DNA of 64,000 bases from Perkinsus chesapeaki ATCC PRA-425 (lineage: Eukaryota > Protista > Perkinsozoa), in the NCBI GenBank assembly GCA_013115145.1, contig JAAPAO010000098.1, positions 14,519 to 78,518 of the forward strand, in the 5' to 3' direction. Under the pieces are notes generated by a model. It saw only the letters and a program-made list of their open reading frames with translations, did not search any database and had not been told where the DNA came from. The position numbers were made by a program, and so were the translations under genes. This document shows positions 25,985 to 38,213 of this stretch, one piece after another (position 1 is the first letter of the stretch; each line of letters begins with the position of its first letter).

Positions 25985-27069
25985 TAACGTTTGTCGATTG
26001 TTGGTATGGGTGACAGAGCCCGAATGCGACAGCAAAGGGTTTCACGCCGGTCACGTCTCGGTGGGTGACCTATTCTGGATCAGGTCTTCCGAGCGGCGGC
26101 GAGTGTCGGAAAATCGTGTGTATATCAGTTATACCATTCTGCCAGCTCGACGGCGCCGGTATGAGCGGAGGTTGCAACGCGAGACGAACCAAGGGCGTGT
26201 CGCACAAGGCGTCGAGCAGCAAATAAAGTGTTGTGTATGGCTGCTGCCTTGACAAGGGAGACACGTGATTTTCGCATTCTCAAGTCTGTAAAGTACAAGA
26301 GTAATTGATTGGAGATTGCTGACAATAACAGACAGCATTTGACGGTGCTAGTCGATAGTTGGTCTGTGCATTCCCACTTCATGGGCTCCTGTCCGGACTA
26401 GATCAGTTCATGGAAAGGAGAGTTCAGCGGAGGCAGACTCTTACTAGCAGTACGTCAGCCCAAATCTAATCATGACTAATCATAAAGCTTCAACGCTGCT
26501 ACTACGAATCAGACCAACGGCTTAATATGGCATCTCACTTCAACGCGGTCAATTCCGAAGGAGATGGTATATGTACAAGCGCAGAGACAGCGCATTCGAG
26601 TTGTTTTGTCTTAGTGCGACGCTTGCGATCTTTTCAATTATTGGTATGTGAATTATTAGCATACCTTGGGCGGGCAGTAGACTCCATATGATACGTAGCC
26701 CACGTACGCCAATGGTTCCCTGCACGCAGGGCCGGGGTGCGCTCCCTCGGGAACCCCTCACCTTGAACACCAGGAGGCTTGGTAGCCTAGTCTATAGGTT
26801 TTGGCAAAGCAGCCAGTCGGGCTCTAGGTGGGTCTTGACTGGCCACCACTGAACTCGGACTTGAAGGTTTCAGAATACAGAGCGTGGCTAATCTAATGCA
26901 GCTGTAACATTGCGGTTTATTTTTCTCGTCTCCAGATGTGCCCGTTCGACAGCACGCACAATACGATTGCTGTACAGTGATCGAATATAATCAGTCAACT
27001 GCAGGTGTGTGGTGAAGTTTCCTAAGGCTCAGCCAAGGCAGAGTAGAGTTGAATCTGATATCTCAAAAG

Positions 27070-28420
27070 ACGTTGTTCAGCACGGCCAAAAGCACGGATG
27101 AAAACGTCGTCCAGTTAACATACTTGAATAGTGTATCCGCCGCGTGATCGGTGTTTGAGCAAACCGCTCCGGCTTCATGGGAGATATTGTTGCACAACCT
27201 GTGCAAGTCTGAGCTACTCTCATTTCAGAGTTACTTCCATCATCCAGGAGCGCACAAGTTGTGCGGCACAACAGAAGGGACACTTTTTGTGTCTTCTTCT
27301 TTAATCTCGTTCTGACGAAAGCCCAGAGTTCCTTCGCATACTGCACTGAACGGGTCAACAGTCGAGAAAGCTGTTACCTAGGAAATCCTCAAGTTTTGGG
27401 AACAAGACATCTCATTTTCAGGCTTACCGAACATTATGTAAAATCTGAACACATCATCCGGGGTGTGGTATGATAGCTCGCGCTCCTCTCGTACATTGAT
27501 AAATGTCGTCATACCTCGTCCAGTGTTGCGTATGCATTCGCATGCTCGATATCTCGAGTCTCGCATTAACGACTGGATCTTCTAGACTTTCTAAGACTTC
27601 GAAGCAGAACATCAATGAAACTCATTTGGTTCTTGATAGTTATGCAAGTGGACCTAGTTTCAGCTACTCTTTTTCTCAGAAGATTTTTCGCGCCGCCACA
27701 AGTGGCCACATTTTCGTGCCTTTTCAGATTGTGTTTTGTTCGTTTCCGTTGAGCATTAACGGTTATAATAGGAGTGTAGAATATCGCATCGACAAGACCA
27801 TAACAGGATGGGGAGGTACCGCACTCCGTCACCAGTATGTCGCTCCGGTGACTACTCTCTCAACCTTCTGATTTGATTTCTTACCAATTCTCTATTCGAC
27901 ATAGTTTTTCCATATCCTTCCTTTACCCTTTTACTCTTGGAATTGATTCCAGATCATTCTCTAAATTCTTCTTCATCCACCGTCATCGACCTTTCACCTT
28001 ACCTCTCTGACAGACGCCGTTAATACTATTCGGTTTATCACCTGTGGATAACGTAGTTCGTCGGCCTATGCACCAGATGACATGCGTCAGCTGGGCTCTT
28101 AAAAAGAATTGGAGGATCTTGTATAATATGCTATCGTGTTAAGTTATGTTCCCTTCGAAGTTTTGCTCTCACGCTCCTAAGGCTTTTCCGACTTGCCTTT
28201 ATTCGGATTGTTGCCGCCGTTGCTGTTGTATCGTTGCAGCGATCCTATAGTGGACAAGCTTAGCATCTTACAAATGCGCGTATGTCCTTTACCAGGGATC
28301 GAACCTGCGCCATATATTTGCCCGCTTCAGGCATTCACATCGGCGTTACACCAGATGACCCTAAGCTCCTCGCCAAGTCATCTAACTTGAGCACTTATCT
28401 CGAGGAGCATTCGTGGTAGG
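27070..28420 (+). CDS. hypothetical protein, multi-exon; ends approximate
   Basis: Exon-like frames EILKFWEQDISF, LTEHYVKSEHIIRGV, RIHIGVTPDDPKLLAKSSNLSTYLEEH bounded by GT/AG. Confidence 0.4.
28280..28330 (+). other. 51-nt predicted intron with antisense tRNA T-arm
   Basis: GTATGTCCTTTACCAGGGATCGAACCTGCGCC...CTTCAG; reverse strand reads GCGCAGGTTCGATCCCTGG. Confidence 0.6.
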
Positions 28421-29884
28421 CTTCGACATTCCACGGCAGCAATCAATCCCTCGCTTGAAATATCTAGCCTGTTGTGAAATCTCGGTCTACTCCGTTTGGC
28501 CTCTGGTTGATATTCTGTCTAACTCAATGCCGATGCTCTATTGTTGGTATTATCCATTCTTGGTGGTGTCGTAACTGGCTCCCTCACCCACGTACGCGTT
28601 CATTATCATCCAGGCTTTTGGAATTTACTTTAGCCACATTATGTGATTGAACCAAAACTCGGAAGCCGGTGAGCCACGTGACATGATCGGCCCTTGGTGG
28701 CCTAGTACTCCACTACAGTTGTAGTAGTGAGGTTGCTGTGAGCAGTGACGCAGTATACAAGTTCGCAGCAGTGTTCATGGTTATAAGATTGGTATTTGGA
28801 AATTGCTTCCAAGACGGCCTTCATTCTTAAGTGCTTCAGGTGGGTGGACTCCAGCGGTTGGTTACACATTCCCGATGAAGGCGCCAGTTTGTGCGGTTGG
28901 TCATCGGGTGACCTTAAGGCTGGAGACTTGGTAAGGTCCGCGGATCTTCCATCACCGTCAGTCTTCATCCGCAGGTAGCTTTAACCTGCCCAGAAGATGG
29001 CACGCTATGTGTTTACGTAAACGGTCGAAGAAAGGTCCAGGTAAGCCTGGTTGGCGTGAGATGGTCCTCTTTTACGGTCCAAACGTCGGAAAGTTTGTTT
29101 CGGTCGGCGGTGATGGTTGTCGTACAAACTGCCGGGTACGGAAATGGTACAAGCTCTCGTCTTTGCCGATCTTTGTATAGCGTAAAATAGATTCTAGTTG
29201 ATATACTGTATCTTGTCGAATGGAAGTATACTTTGTGAATCAGTAAAATACGATGTGTGTTACATATTGTTAAGAAGGCGCAACATATAAACATATTACT
29301 ATCGCCGTGCTCTGCACTGTCTCGTTAGGGATAGCGTAGTCGTCGTAAGGCAACAATTATGGGTTGGGCGCATAGTTAGTCAGAGAGGGTAGGGCAGTGT
29401 TATTAATGAATAAAATATCACGAGTAGAGAAAGCTAGCAATACGATGGTACGACAATTGTGGGATACACAGGAATTGTGTGAGTTATATAATGCGCCTCT
29501 CCTTGATGTAAATGTGCCAGCGCACTGAGCTTTGCACGTTGATATGGATCTGCAGTTCCTAGGCATCACTAGCCTTTGTAGCGCGTCCGGCCGGGGGGGG
29601 GTAATCAGAAGTCGCGCCACACATGATTGGCATGAGGATCAGAGACTCTCGGCTCATCTCCAGATGTGTCTCTCGTGGCTCAGGGCCGAGAAGCTCGGAT
29701 ACCGTCCGGCAAGAAATCTAAACCTCTTTATGGCTTCATCGCCCTTACAGGCAACGTGACGGAGGTGTCGCTGGTGGAGGGGTCTATGGCTCGAGACTAT
29801 CTATGATTTCATAATCTACTGTTTGGTTCAATAACCTTTTTCTGGTGAGCTCTTTGCAGTTTTTGCCCTTTTAACCGAACGATT

Positions 29885-32800
29885 ATGTTGAATCTTCAAG
29901 AAGCCGAGCGAGCGTCTTTAATACGAATGTTGAACCTGTCCGTTGGACCGAATGACACCGGTAAGGAAGTCTTCCGCGATACTCGCAAAACTAGTGGCTC
30001 CCACTCGTTTGCCAGGCGAGATTATTGAAGATATTTTATGAAACATGTGCATTCGTATGCGCACATTCAACATCCCCGTATTTCTCTCTTTGTTTTTCTG
30101 TCGTTCTCTGGACGCGTGTGTCTCAGGACGAGGAGCCGAGCCGCTGTCGGAGGCCAGTACACAGTGGAAGGTTCTGGTATATGACAAAAGCGGGAAGAAT
30201 ATCATTGCACCGCTTCTTAAAATAGGCAAGCGAGAGCCCAGGGAAATGTTAGGTTTTTCATGCCGTTTTAGGAGCTCTTCGTCACCACGGTGTCACCCTT
30301 TATCTCCAGTTGGAAGACAACCGGCAGGCAGTGCCGAATGTGAGCCGACGGGGAGCCTTGCTGGTCTACACGTCTTGAAGGAAGTTTTGGATGACTGTGT
30401 TCCACGCAACATTATCAGTCTTGTGAAATGCTTATAGGGAAATTTTCCGGATCGTCGCTCTAGGAACGCTCTGGGGACTCTGTAGTCTATAAGTAGCTTC
30501 TATCTAGGTCGTGCATTAGTTACTTTACTTTCTTGGGTTTTGGGATTGAATTTCGAAAGTTTCGAGCGAAAATGCCCGTCTCAGTGGCACTGAGAATTTT
30601 CGGCCAACAGTGATACAAGTTGCAATCATCTTTGCCCCAAGGAATTTCCGACGTCGCTGGAAAGACTGTTGTAGGTACCAGTGGTGTACTTTATGGATCC
30701 AACGAGGGAGAACATCGACCGTGTAGCTGTGGATTGCTGCGACAGGAAGCTTTATGATCAGGTAGGCTTCAACGCACCCGGGTTCAATTCCTGGTTACGG
30801 TATTTTAGGTTTATATCAATTTCACTTCGCGAGTCTCGGACGAATTGTTGCAGTACATGGCGAAATGTATGGTCGAGAAGTCCAAGGGAAAGTAAGCTCG
30901 TCATAGGAAGTTTTTCCACTCGAAAATTCCATTACGAGTGTCATGCAGCAGGGAATCTAGGAACCATAGTCGTTTGGTTCGTTCTATTTAGTCCCACTAA
31001 CATAAGCCGAGTTGCAAAGGTCGTCGACCGTTACTGCGCATTCATCGCCCTTTCACCCTCAACCTTCTCGCTTAACATGCCGGGGGTAAGAAGCTAACCT
31101 ATTTTGTATCTTTAGATTGAACCTTTGTGATACTTTGCAGGTTTATACGCAACTTCATTCTCGCCGTGTAACCGATGCAGCAATTGAAGGATGCGTCGAT
31201 CATATAGTTAACGGTCTACTGAGCATGCTAGTGACAATTAGACAGGCAAGTTAGCCTAGAGGTCAGGTTCCTCATTCTCTATCGAAAGGTCGTTGGTTCT
31301 AACCCCACCACGGCTATTTACAGATACCAATTATCAGAGCACCACCGGAGTCTCAATCAGGCCCGAGCACCATGGTGGCTGAGAGGCTTCACGCTCGGCT
31401 CATGGAAATGCTGCGAAACGGCAACGCTCAGGTAGCCTTTTTGCGCTCCTTCATCTCGACTTACTCCCCGCCTTCCCAGACACAGGAGCTCTTCAGCAAT
31501 GCCACTGGAGTTGAGAGGCCCCTCCTCATTATATTAGATAGAGATATGGACCTGGCAACTATGCTGCATCACACATGGACCTATCAGGTGGGGACTGTTG
31601 CTGTCTTTGGTCTCTATCAGGAATGATCAGGCGTTGGCACATGACCTCTTTGACCTCAACCTCAATACTGTTAAGATTCCCGCTGATGATGATGCCAGTC
31701 AGAGCAGCGGAGCGCAAGGAGTAGGATGTCAGCGTGGGTTTGTCGGTTTGATAGTTGCATGCTTCGCTCCGCCCTATTCTAGTTTTTTGTAGGTCGGTGG
31801 AGCGCACAAGACTTATGATCTGGACTCGTCTGATACCTTCTTCGTGGACCATGCTAGCATGCCGTTCCCCGCAGTGGCAAGTGACGTCAGCACACAGGTA
31901 GGAATATCCTAATCGATCGCGTGATCGATATATCACTCTTCTCAGTTGCAAGAGTATAATAAGAAATTGCAGGATATGCGGTCAAAAGACGGAGGGACTG
32001 GGTTAGGCGGAGCGAAGCGTGTCATGTTTTACGGATTTCGCCCTCTCTCAGGAAGCTTTCGTCCGCCATCAATGCCTTGCCTCAAATGACCGAGATGAAG
32101 CGATCGTTGGATGAGCATACAAACATTGCCAGTGCGATGTTGAAGGAGATACAGCAGAGGGAAATAAACAAGTAGACAGATAATTATGATCACCCGAGAC
32201 TTGAGGATTCAGATACTACGAGACGGAGTCTGAGTTCGGGTCGCAGGGCAGAACGGCAGGAATGACGGCACTGATGGAGAGGCTGAGCCCCGATAGCAAA
32301 GGCACACCTACCGGTAAGGAGTGTCCCGAATCTGGCCGCGGACCTATCGATTGGTTTTGTTAGATAAACTGCGAGCGGCTTTAGTTTTTGTGCTGAGGAA
32401 ACCAACTTTGACGTCCGATCAGGTCGATGGCATTTGTCACCGTCTTACGGAAGTCGGAGCTGACCCCGCAGCGATACAGTTCATTCGGGTAACATTTGTG
32501 GAGAACTCACTCTCTCTCCCAGTTGTCCTATTCAGAATCTGCAATCGATGCGTCAGCTGACACTGGATACAACCGTGCTAGGCGACGGGCAGGGAGATAA
32601 GCAACAGAGCGACTATCAGCAGCAGCAGGCTTCGTCAACTGAGTGAGCGTGTGATTCCCGCGGGCATTCACGTTTGTCACTTTCAGCGTCACCAGCGGCT
32701 TCGCCATGTTTGCCAATAAGTTCGCTAGTCAAATGCAACAGCATGGAGAGGGTCTGCTCACAGGTATCTCAATGATTGTTAGTATTGCTGATTTCTTACG

Positions 32801-33273
32801 TTGTAGGACTGAAGAATTTGAAGAACCTTTTGCCGATGGGAGAAGATACACTCATAACGAAGATCGTGTCAGAGCTGATGGAGCAGAACGAGAGCTCTAC
32901 CAACAAGCTGACCGAAAGTTACGAATACTTCGATCCACGTGCCAGCACTGTAAGTCATTAAAGTAAGTTTGAATGCATCTTTTCATCAGCTTGCCGGCGA
33001 GTCTCGAAGCCATCGTATTCCTCGTGTTAGAGGATCATTCCACCAAGCCATAGTGTTTATGGTTGGTGGGGGCAACTATGTAGAGCAACACACTCTTACC
33101 GAGTGGGCAAGCTCTAACAAATCACGGGATACTGCTGGCCATACGAAGTAGGCTAATCAACTGTTATGCATCACAGAGTTCGGTATCGCAGGTCTGTAAT
33201 GTATGGAGCGACAGACTTCGTGTCACCATCTGCCTTTTGCGGAGAGCTTGAGACCCTGGGAAACGAGAAGTAG
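29885..33273 (+). CDS. SLY1: Sec1/Munc18-family protein SLY1 (SCFD1), multi-exon
   Basis: LIRMLNL, WKVLVYDK, LRHHGVTL, VYFMDPTRENID, LYDQ|VYINF, RPLLIILDRDMDLATMLHHTWTYQ, LPQMTEMKRSLDEHTNIA, AIVFMVGGGNYVE, YGATDFVSP. Confidence 0.95.
30762..30808 (+). other. 47-nt SLY1 intron made largely of a tRNA 3' half plus T-run
   Basis: GTAGGCTTCAACGCACCCGGGTTCAATTCCTGGTTACGGTATTTTAG; flanking exons give conserved LYDQVYINF. Confidence 0.8.
31246..31323 (+). other. 78-nt GC-AG SLY1 intron with full tRNA geometry (degenerate)
   Basis: TA-GCCT AGAGGTC AGGT D arm, 17-nt anticodon-arm-length segment, AGGTC, GTTGG TTCTAAC CCCAC, CACGGCTA, TTT; exons join VTIRQ|IPIIRAP. Confidence 0.7.
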
Positions 33274-33656
33274 CTCTGTGCTAGTAGTTTTACCATCGAA
33301 AGATGTTGCGTTATTACTACTGATATTATCCACTTGCTTCAATTTCAATAAAGTGGTGTCTTGCGTACATAGTTATATTGTGGACGTAACCGTACGAGGG
33401 TAAGGTTACCTTATTATCACTAACGATGATGAAACTCGGGTAACGCCAAGGCGCCAAGGTCTCAACGTGTATACGTCCAAGTGGTAAGTGCTACGATCCT
33501 GCACAATACTAAAAGTAACACAGTCCAGAGGAGCCTGTTTTATTAACCTACTCTAAACGAGCCTACCTCGGACAAGGACGGAATACAATGTAACCGTAGA
33601 CGCTTCCATAAGAGAGTGCGATAATCACTTGAGATTTATCAATGCAAGCTAGGCCC

Positions 33657-33773
33657 GGGCCCTGGTCGTAGCGGGTCGACTGGGGAGGGTAGCTCACCTC
33701 CTGTCAACTCGCAACTCCCGTCATATGATTCCTTAGGTCACAGGGAGTCATACCGTGAGATCAGATGTGGCCC
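33657..33773. ncRNA. candidate structured RNA/DNA element (three-way junction)
   Basis: Outer stems GGGCC/GGCCC and CTGGTC/GATCAG enclose GCGGGTCGAC..GTCAACTCGC and ACTCCC..GGGAGT hairpins; no family recognised. Confidence 0.3.
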
Positions 33774-34212
33774 AGGACAAATGCATTCGATCCACAAACA
33801 TATGTTGTAGTTCAAAATTTGCGACTCGGCATAAGAAGCATTTTTTCATCCCCGAGCAACACGTTTCTACAAGGCTAGATGAGTCCTCGGCCACGCCATG
33901 CATCTACCTCATAGAAATGCTGTTGATGAACAAAGATTTACATTCTAAAATAGTCGAGACCACACAGAGCTTCTTCTCGGACTTTTCAACTCAACTCCGG
34001 CGCCTTTGTAGAAAAGGGTGCTCTGAGCACCGCGCTCAACGATTGGCAAGAACATCGGAGCATTCAATGTGTATCTCAAAAGTTTCGAGTCAAAACTCGT
34101 ATGGAACCAGAACTAGTAGGGAGTTGAGGCCATGAGGCTGGCTAGCCTTACCAAAGGAATGTTGATAATCAGCCACTGATTGAATACTGTTCAGCATCCC
34201 CCGATGAGAATA

Positions 34213-34446
34213 TTAGGCCCGCCTTCCCTCACAGTCACACGGCAATTGCTCGACGCAGGAGTTTTTGTAAAAGTACTGATAACACCTCTTGGTGACGCAG
34301 TTACATCTCGCTGGCTTCACGGAACAAGTAGCCCAAGACGATTTGGTACAGACGAAATTAGCTTCACCTTGCTTATCGTTCCCTTCAGCCGACCAAATCA
34401 TAATCGTGATTAAGGTAAAGATGAAATGAAATAATATCATGGGCAT
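34213..34446 (-). CDS. small secreted 8-cysteine peptide (family member 2)
   Basis: MILFHFIFTLITIMIWSAEG signal; C-x7-C-x6-C-x-C-x4-C-x8-C-x5-C-x-C. Confidence 0.8.
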   Translation of the reverse strand: MPMILFHFIFTLITIMIWSAEGNDKQGEANFVCTKSSWATCSVKPARCNCVTKRCYQYFYKNSCVEQLPCDCEGRRA

Positions 34447-34799
34447 TGTCTCAACTGTTGATAGAGGTGAAACTAAACCATCGAAAGGGTCCAGGAGCGG
34501 TCACGTGACGGCGTGACGGTCACGAGCAAATGTTGGACCGAGTTGGACACGGGTCAGGTGAGCAAAGCCGGTCCTGGTTGATAATACAAACTAGTGTATA
34601 AATCCCAGTGGTGAGGGTCTAGGGAAATACAACTGATACGAGTTTTAAGGATGGGTAGGAATTCCGGAGCAGTTATTGACTGCCAGTTAAATCTGATCAC
34701 CCGGAGTCAGGGAAGTCCAGGACTCGCAGACGAATGTGTTCTGCTCGCTCCTACGTCGAGCTACTGAGCAATGTGATAGAGTCAGACTGGAAGATTCTA

Positions 34800-35751
34800 C
34801 AAAGGTAGGATTTAGAAGCTACAGCAGCAGCCATTCTGGGAAAACGTGAATAATCGAACAACCAGCAGAGCCCGGGAGACTCGAAGGCTCAGTGGATCCT
34901 CTAAAGTGTGAAGATCCGCACTGTCTCTCCTGGTGACTTGCCGGGAGAGCGTCAGTGGGAGTTGCAAGGTCAAACAGGGAAACTAAAACCGATAAACTGG
35001 ATTGGGGGCGAAATCCTGCGTGGGTTAATTGAGCCTTTCTGGCCTGCGGGCTGCAGACTACAGCCTACGGACGTGAGAACCTCCAGCTCGCTATTATCTA
35101 TATGAGCTCAACGGGAGGGTGCACCGTGGAACACTTTTCCCGTCATTTTGTAATTCTATCATGTAAACTCACCATCTACTATTTTCCTGCAGGGATGTCG
35201 CAGACGGAGATATCTAGCTGAACATATACTTCAGAATGTTGAGCGTCAAGCTTCGAAGGCTGTGAGTCTGGTCCCCCGACTACATACATTGGGGCCCGTG
35301 TTCGTTACCATTGTTACAAATAATGTTATGTTGATAAGCCCCAGTATCGACTGGGCCCATCGATTGAGTTGTGTCTCCACTAATTTTCTTCTATCTGCTC
35401 CATTATGAAGCCCTCAAACCAATCTTGGAATGATGGGTATTGAAGGTCAATAACCCTGATAATCAGGGCCTGATCGGGCGCGTATGGTACGATGGTACTT
35501 TGACCGGCAAGTTGCCGGCGGCAACTGCGCATTGTAATATAAAGATAACGCGTTCTGAATATACTAGTTTCGGCAAGACTGCTTCTGCAAAGCCGACGAG
35601 AGTCGAAGGTATAATTCAGATACCAAAGGGTGCACTCTATTCGGAGCAGCCTGCTTCGGACAGAATCTGCCCTGCTTCAAGCGGGGCCCACTCATACTCC
35701 CATCACTGGTATCTTCCTTACTCGAAGGGCCTTGGTCCTGGTTGCGAATAG
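34800..35751 (+). CDS. hypothetical protein, multi-exon; start unknown
   Basis: Long open frames KIRTVSPGDLPGERQWELQG and KVNNPDNQGLIGRVWYDG...KGLGPGCE*. Confidence 0.4.
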
Positions 35752-37132
35752 AAGAAGAAGATTGTGGCATCAGTAGGCCTCTATGAATCAGTCCTGCCTA
35801 CCAATGAATTTGCACGATTGCAATGCAGAGCAGCAGTGGAATGCATGCTGCATATAGCGCTACGCCCTTGTGAGACATTTTCTGATTTCTCGCGTAATGC
35901 ACCTACGAAATTCAAAACACCTCACTACGGCGTAGCGACTATGCAACGGGTCTAAACTACGCAATAGTGTTTTTTTATTCACAGTGTGAGTCTCACACAA
36001 ATGCACGAGGTGCAGTGAAAGTATCGCACAACGCTCGATCCACATCTTTTACTGCGTAGATTGCTGCACTGCTCGCATTGCGGGCATATTTTCAATTTTA
36101 TGGCAAAATTTTTCTCCGTTAGGGGTGGCGAATAGTAGCTTTCGTCGGAAGTTTCCCGGTAAAACAGTAGCGAATAGAGTTAGTGGAGTTACTCCACTTG
36201 AGTAGTATGAATTCGCAACCACAGACATCACAAGCTAGTTTGTGTCCCCCCTGAACCCCCCTGTCAACTGAAACTTCAAACCCAGATCCACCCTAGTGGT
36301 TTCAGCTACCAGTAACTAGAGTGGCAATAGGAATAACCAGGTTCAAGAGTCTCTACCATAGTCGTTCAACAATATCACGTTGTTGATCGGGAGTGTTGGG
36401 TGAGGACTATCCACCCGCCCGCTTGCGGCCAGCAGTGCAACGCACTCTCGGTGAAGGCTATGAATGGATAATCACATTATCCTCCCTCACAGTTCATCTC
36501 AGGAGGTAATGTCTCCCCATCAACAACAAAAAAAACAAACACGCGAGACCGTGGTAGAACGAATGTCCCGAGGCGATTCGGGCCTGCGATGCTACCACAG
36601 GGCGACGGTTTCGTGTGAAATCCCGCGCGCCACACTCCCTCGCGACGATGACCGCTCCCTTGAACTTGTTCTCAATTCTTGATAACTACCCTCTTGAAAA
36701 CCCAGTGGTACCCGACTATTTATATCCATATGACATGGCAGAGTGGTGACCGAGCATGCCTCGCCGTAATACAATACATTGTGTTGTGACTCATTGCCGA
36801 TGAGACGTCTTCATGGTCGCACAAAGAGGTAACCTGTCTTACAATCTGAGGTTCCAGCAACAGTGTTGCATCATCAGTACCAAACAAAAGAAGAAACAGA
36901 CGTAGCCCCGCGACCTACGGACGACATTTATTTACAACTGGTGGAACTACTAAAGGCAGTCTTCAGTAAAACCTTCACTTTGTAATAGCAAGTTACACAG
37001 GCCGGTGAAACTATCTATGTGGTAGACAGTTCCCGGCGCGTCGCTGCACCGCTCCATGTGAGCGATACCGGCGCTGTCATAGCGCGGGCCTTGTACTATA
37101 GTTTATCGAATAGTACTTAGTTAACCCTAATA

Positions 37133-37306
37133 ATGTTCAAAGGCAGCACTCTCATCATTTGTACTATTATCGCACTCATCGCGTCTGATGGTATCCCAGA
37201 TGAACCATCTTCTCTGAGGAAGCTAGCTAACCCGTGTTCAGGTTGTAAACAAACTTGCCAGTGTTATCCTAGTCCTCGATCGATTCCCTATTGTTGGTGC
37301 CCCTGA
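37133..37306 (+). CDS. 57-aa secreted 6-cysteine peptide (below ORF-track cutoff)
   Basis: MFKGSTLIICTIIALIASDG IPDEPSSLRKLANPCSGCKQTCQCYPSPRSIPYCWCP*. Confidence 0.7.
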   Translation: MFKGSTLIICTIIALIASDGIPDEPSSLRKLANPCSGCKQTCQCYPSPRSIPYCWCP

Positions 37307-38213
37307 CTGATAGTGGTGACTACAATATATAAAGCAGGTGCTACTCCTCTGCATTCAGAATGATCATTCTGATTCCATCTATTAAACCAGTAGCTACCAA
37401 TACCTCTATTGTTGCTGTTTTTCAGACCAGCTAGCATAGTGTCGACTGTTTAAAACCCACATGAGAGGCGGTGCTCTTCTAAATTAGAAGTTATAATGCT
37501 TGGCTGAGCCAGCTGGCTCGCAGTGGGCTTTTAGTTCGAATCTCATTGTTGCGTTGTCCTTTCGGTTGACTAACATACACGACGAATAGAGCAATACCCG
37601 TTCTCCTGACTTTAGAATCTGGTGCCAGCATGGCTCAGAACTCACATTAGCTCTTATCCTGTGGCGGTTAACAAGCCCAGAGAGAGCTAACAATACTCAT
37701 CATTCGTTTGTCGAATTCCTCCGAGACTTGAGGTTAGTCTCATCTCGAGAAATCTCATTAATGTACTTAATAGTGTCTCCATCCTTCCATTGACATTCCT
37801 GCCATTCGCCTGCGGAAGGAATCGGCTACTTCCGTACCATGGCCCGATCGGAGAAAGAGGTTTGGAAGTCAAACTTGCAAAGGCCGTCGTAGGCGCTACT
37901 TTGGTGATAAGCTAGTCGACGGTCAGCTCGCAGGTCGGTGAGTGCGCTAATGCTAATGCGCATCCATCCATCTTCTCGAGGAACCGTCGGAGCTTTGCGG
38001 TGAGTAGTACTGCGCTTGAAGGGAGACGTTGGAGCCGCGAACCGTAACAGTATTTCCTTTAATATCTCGAATTGACTCGAGCGCAACACACTGATCGCAT
38101 ACTGAATACGGTGGTGATGATGATGAAGTAGCGCAGCCATACAAACACACTTCAGGAGTGTGGCAATCAAAAAATACAGAGGGCCGAGCACCCTTCCACG
38201 GTCGACCCCAGCT

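Noticed and set aside
34501-34510. GTCACGTGAC/E-box promoter motif
   Set aside because: CACGTG is expected ~15 times by chance in 64 kb; no consistent positioning.
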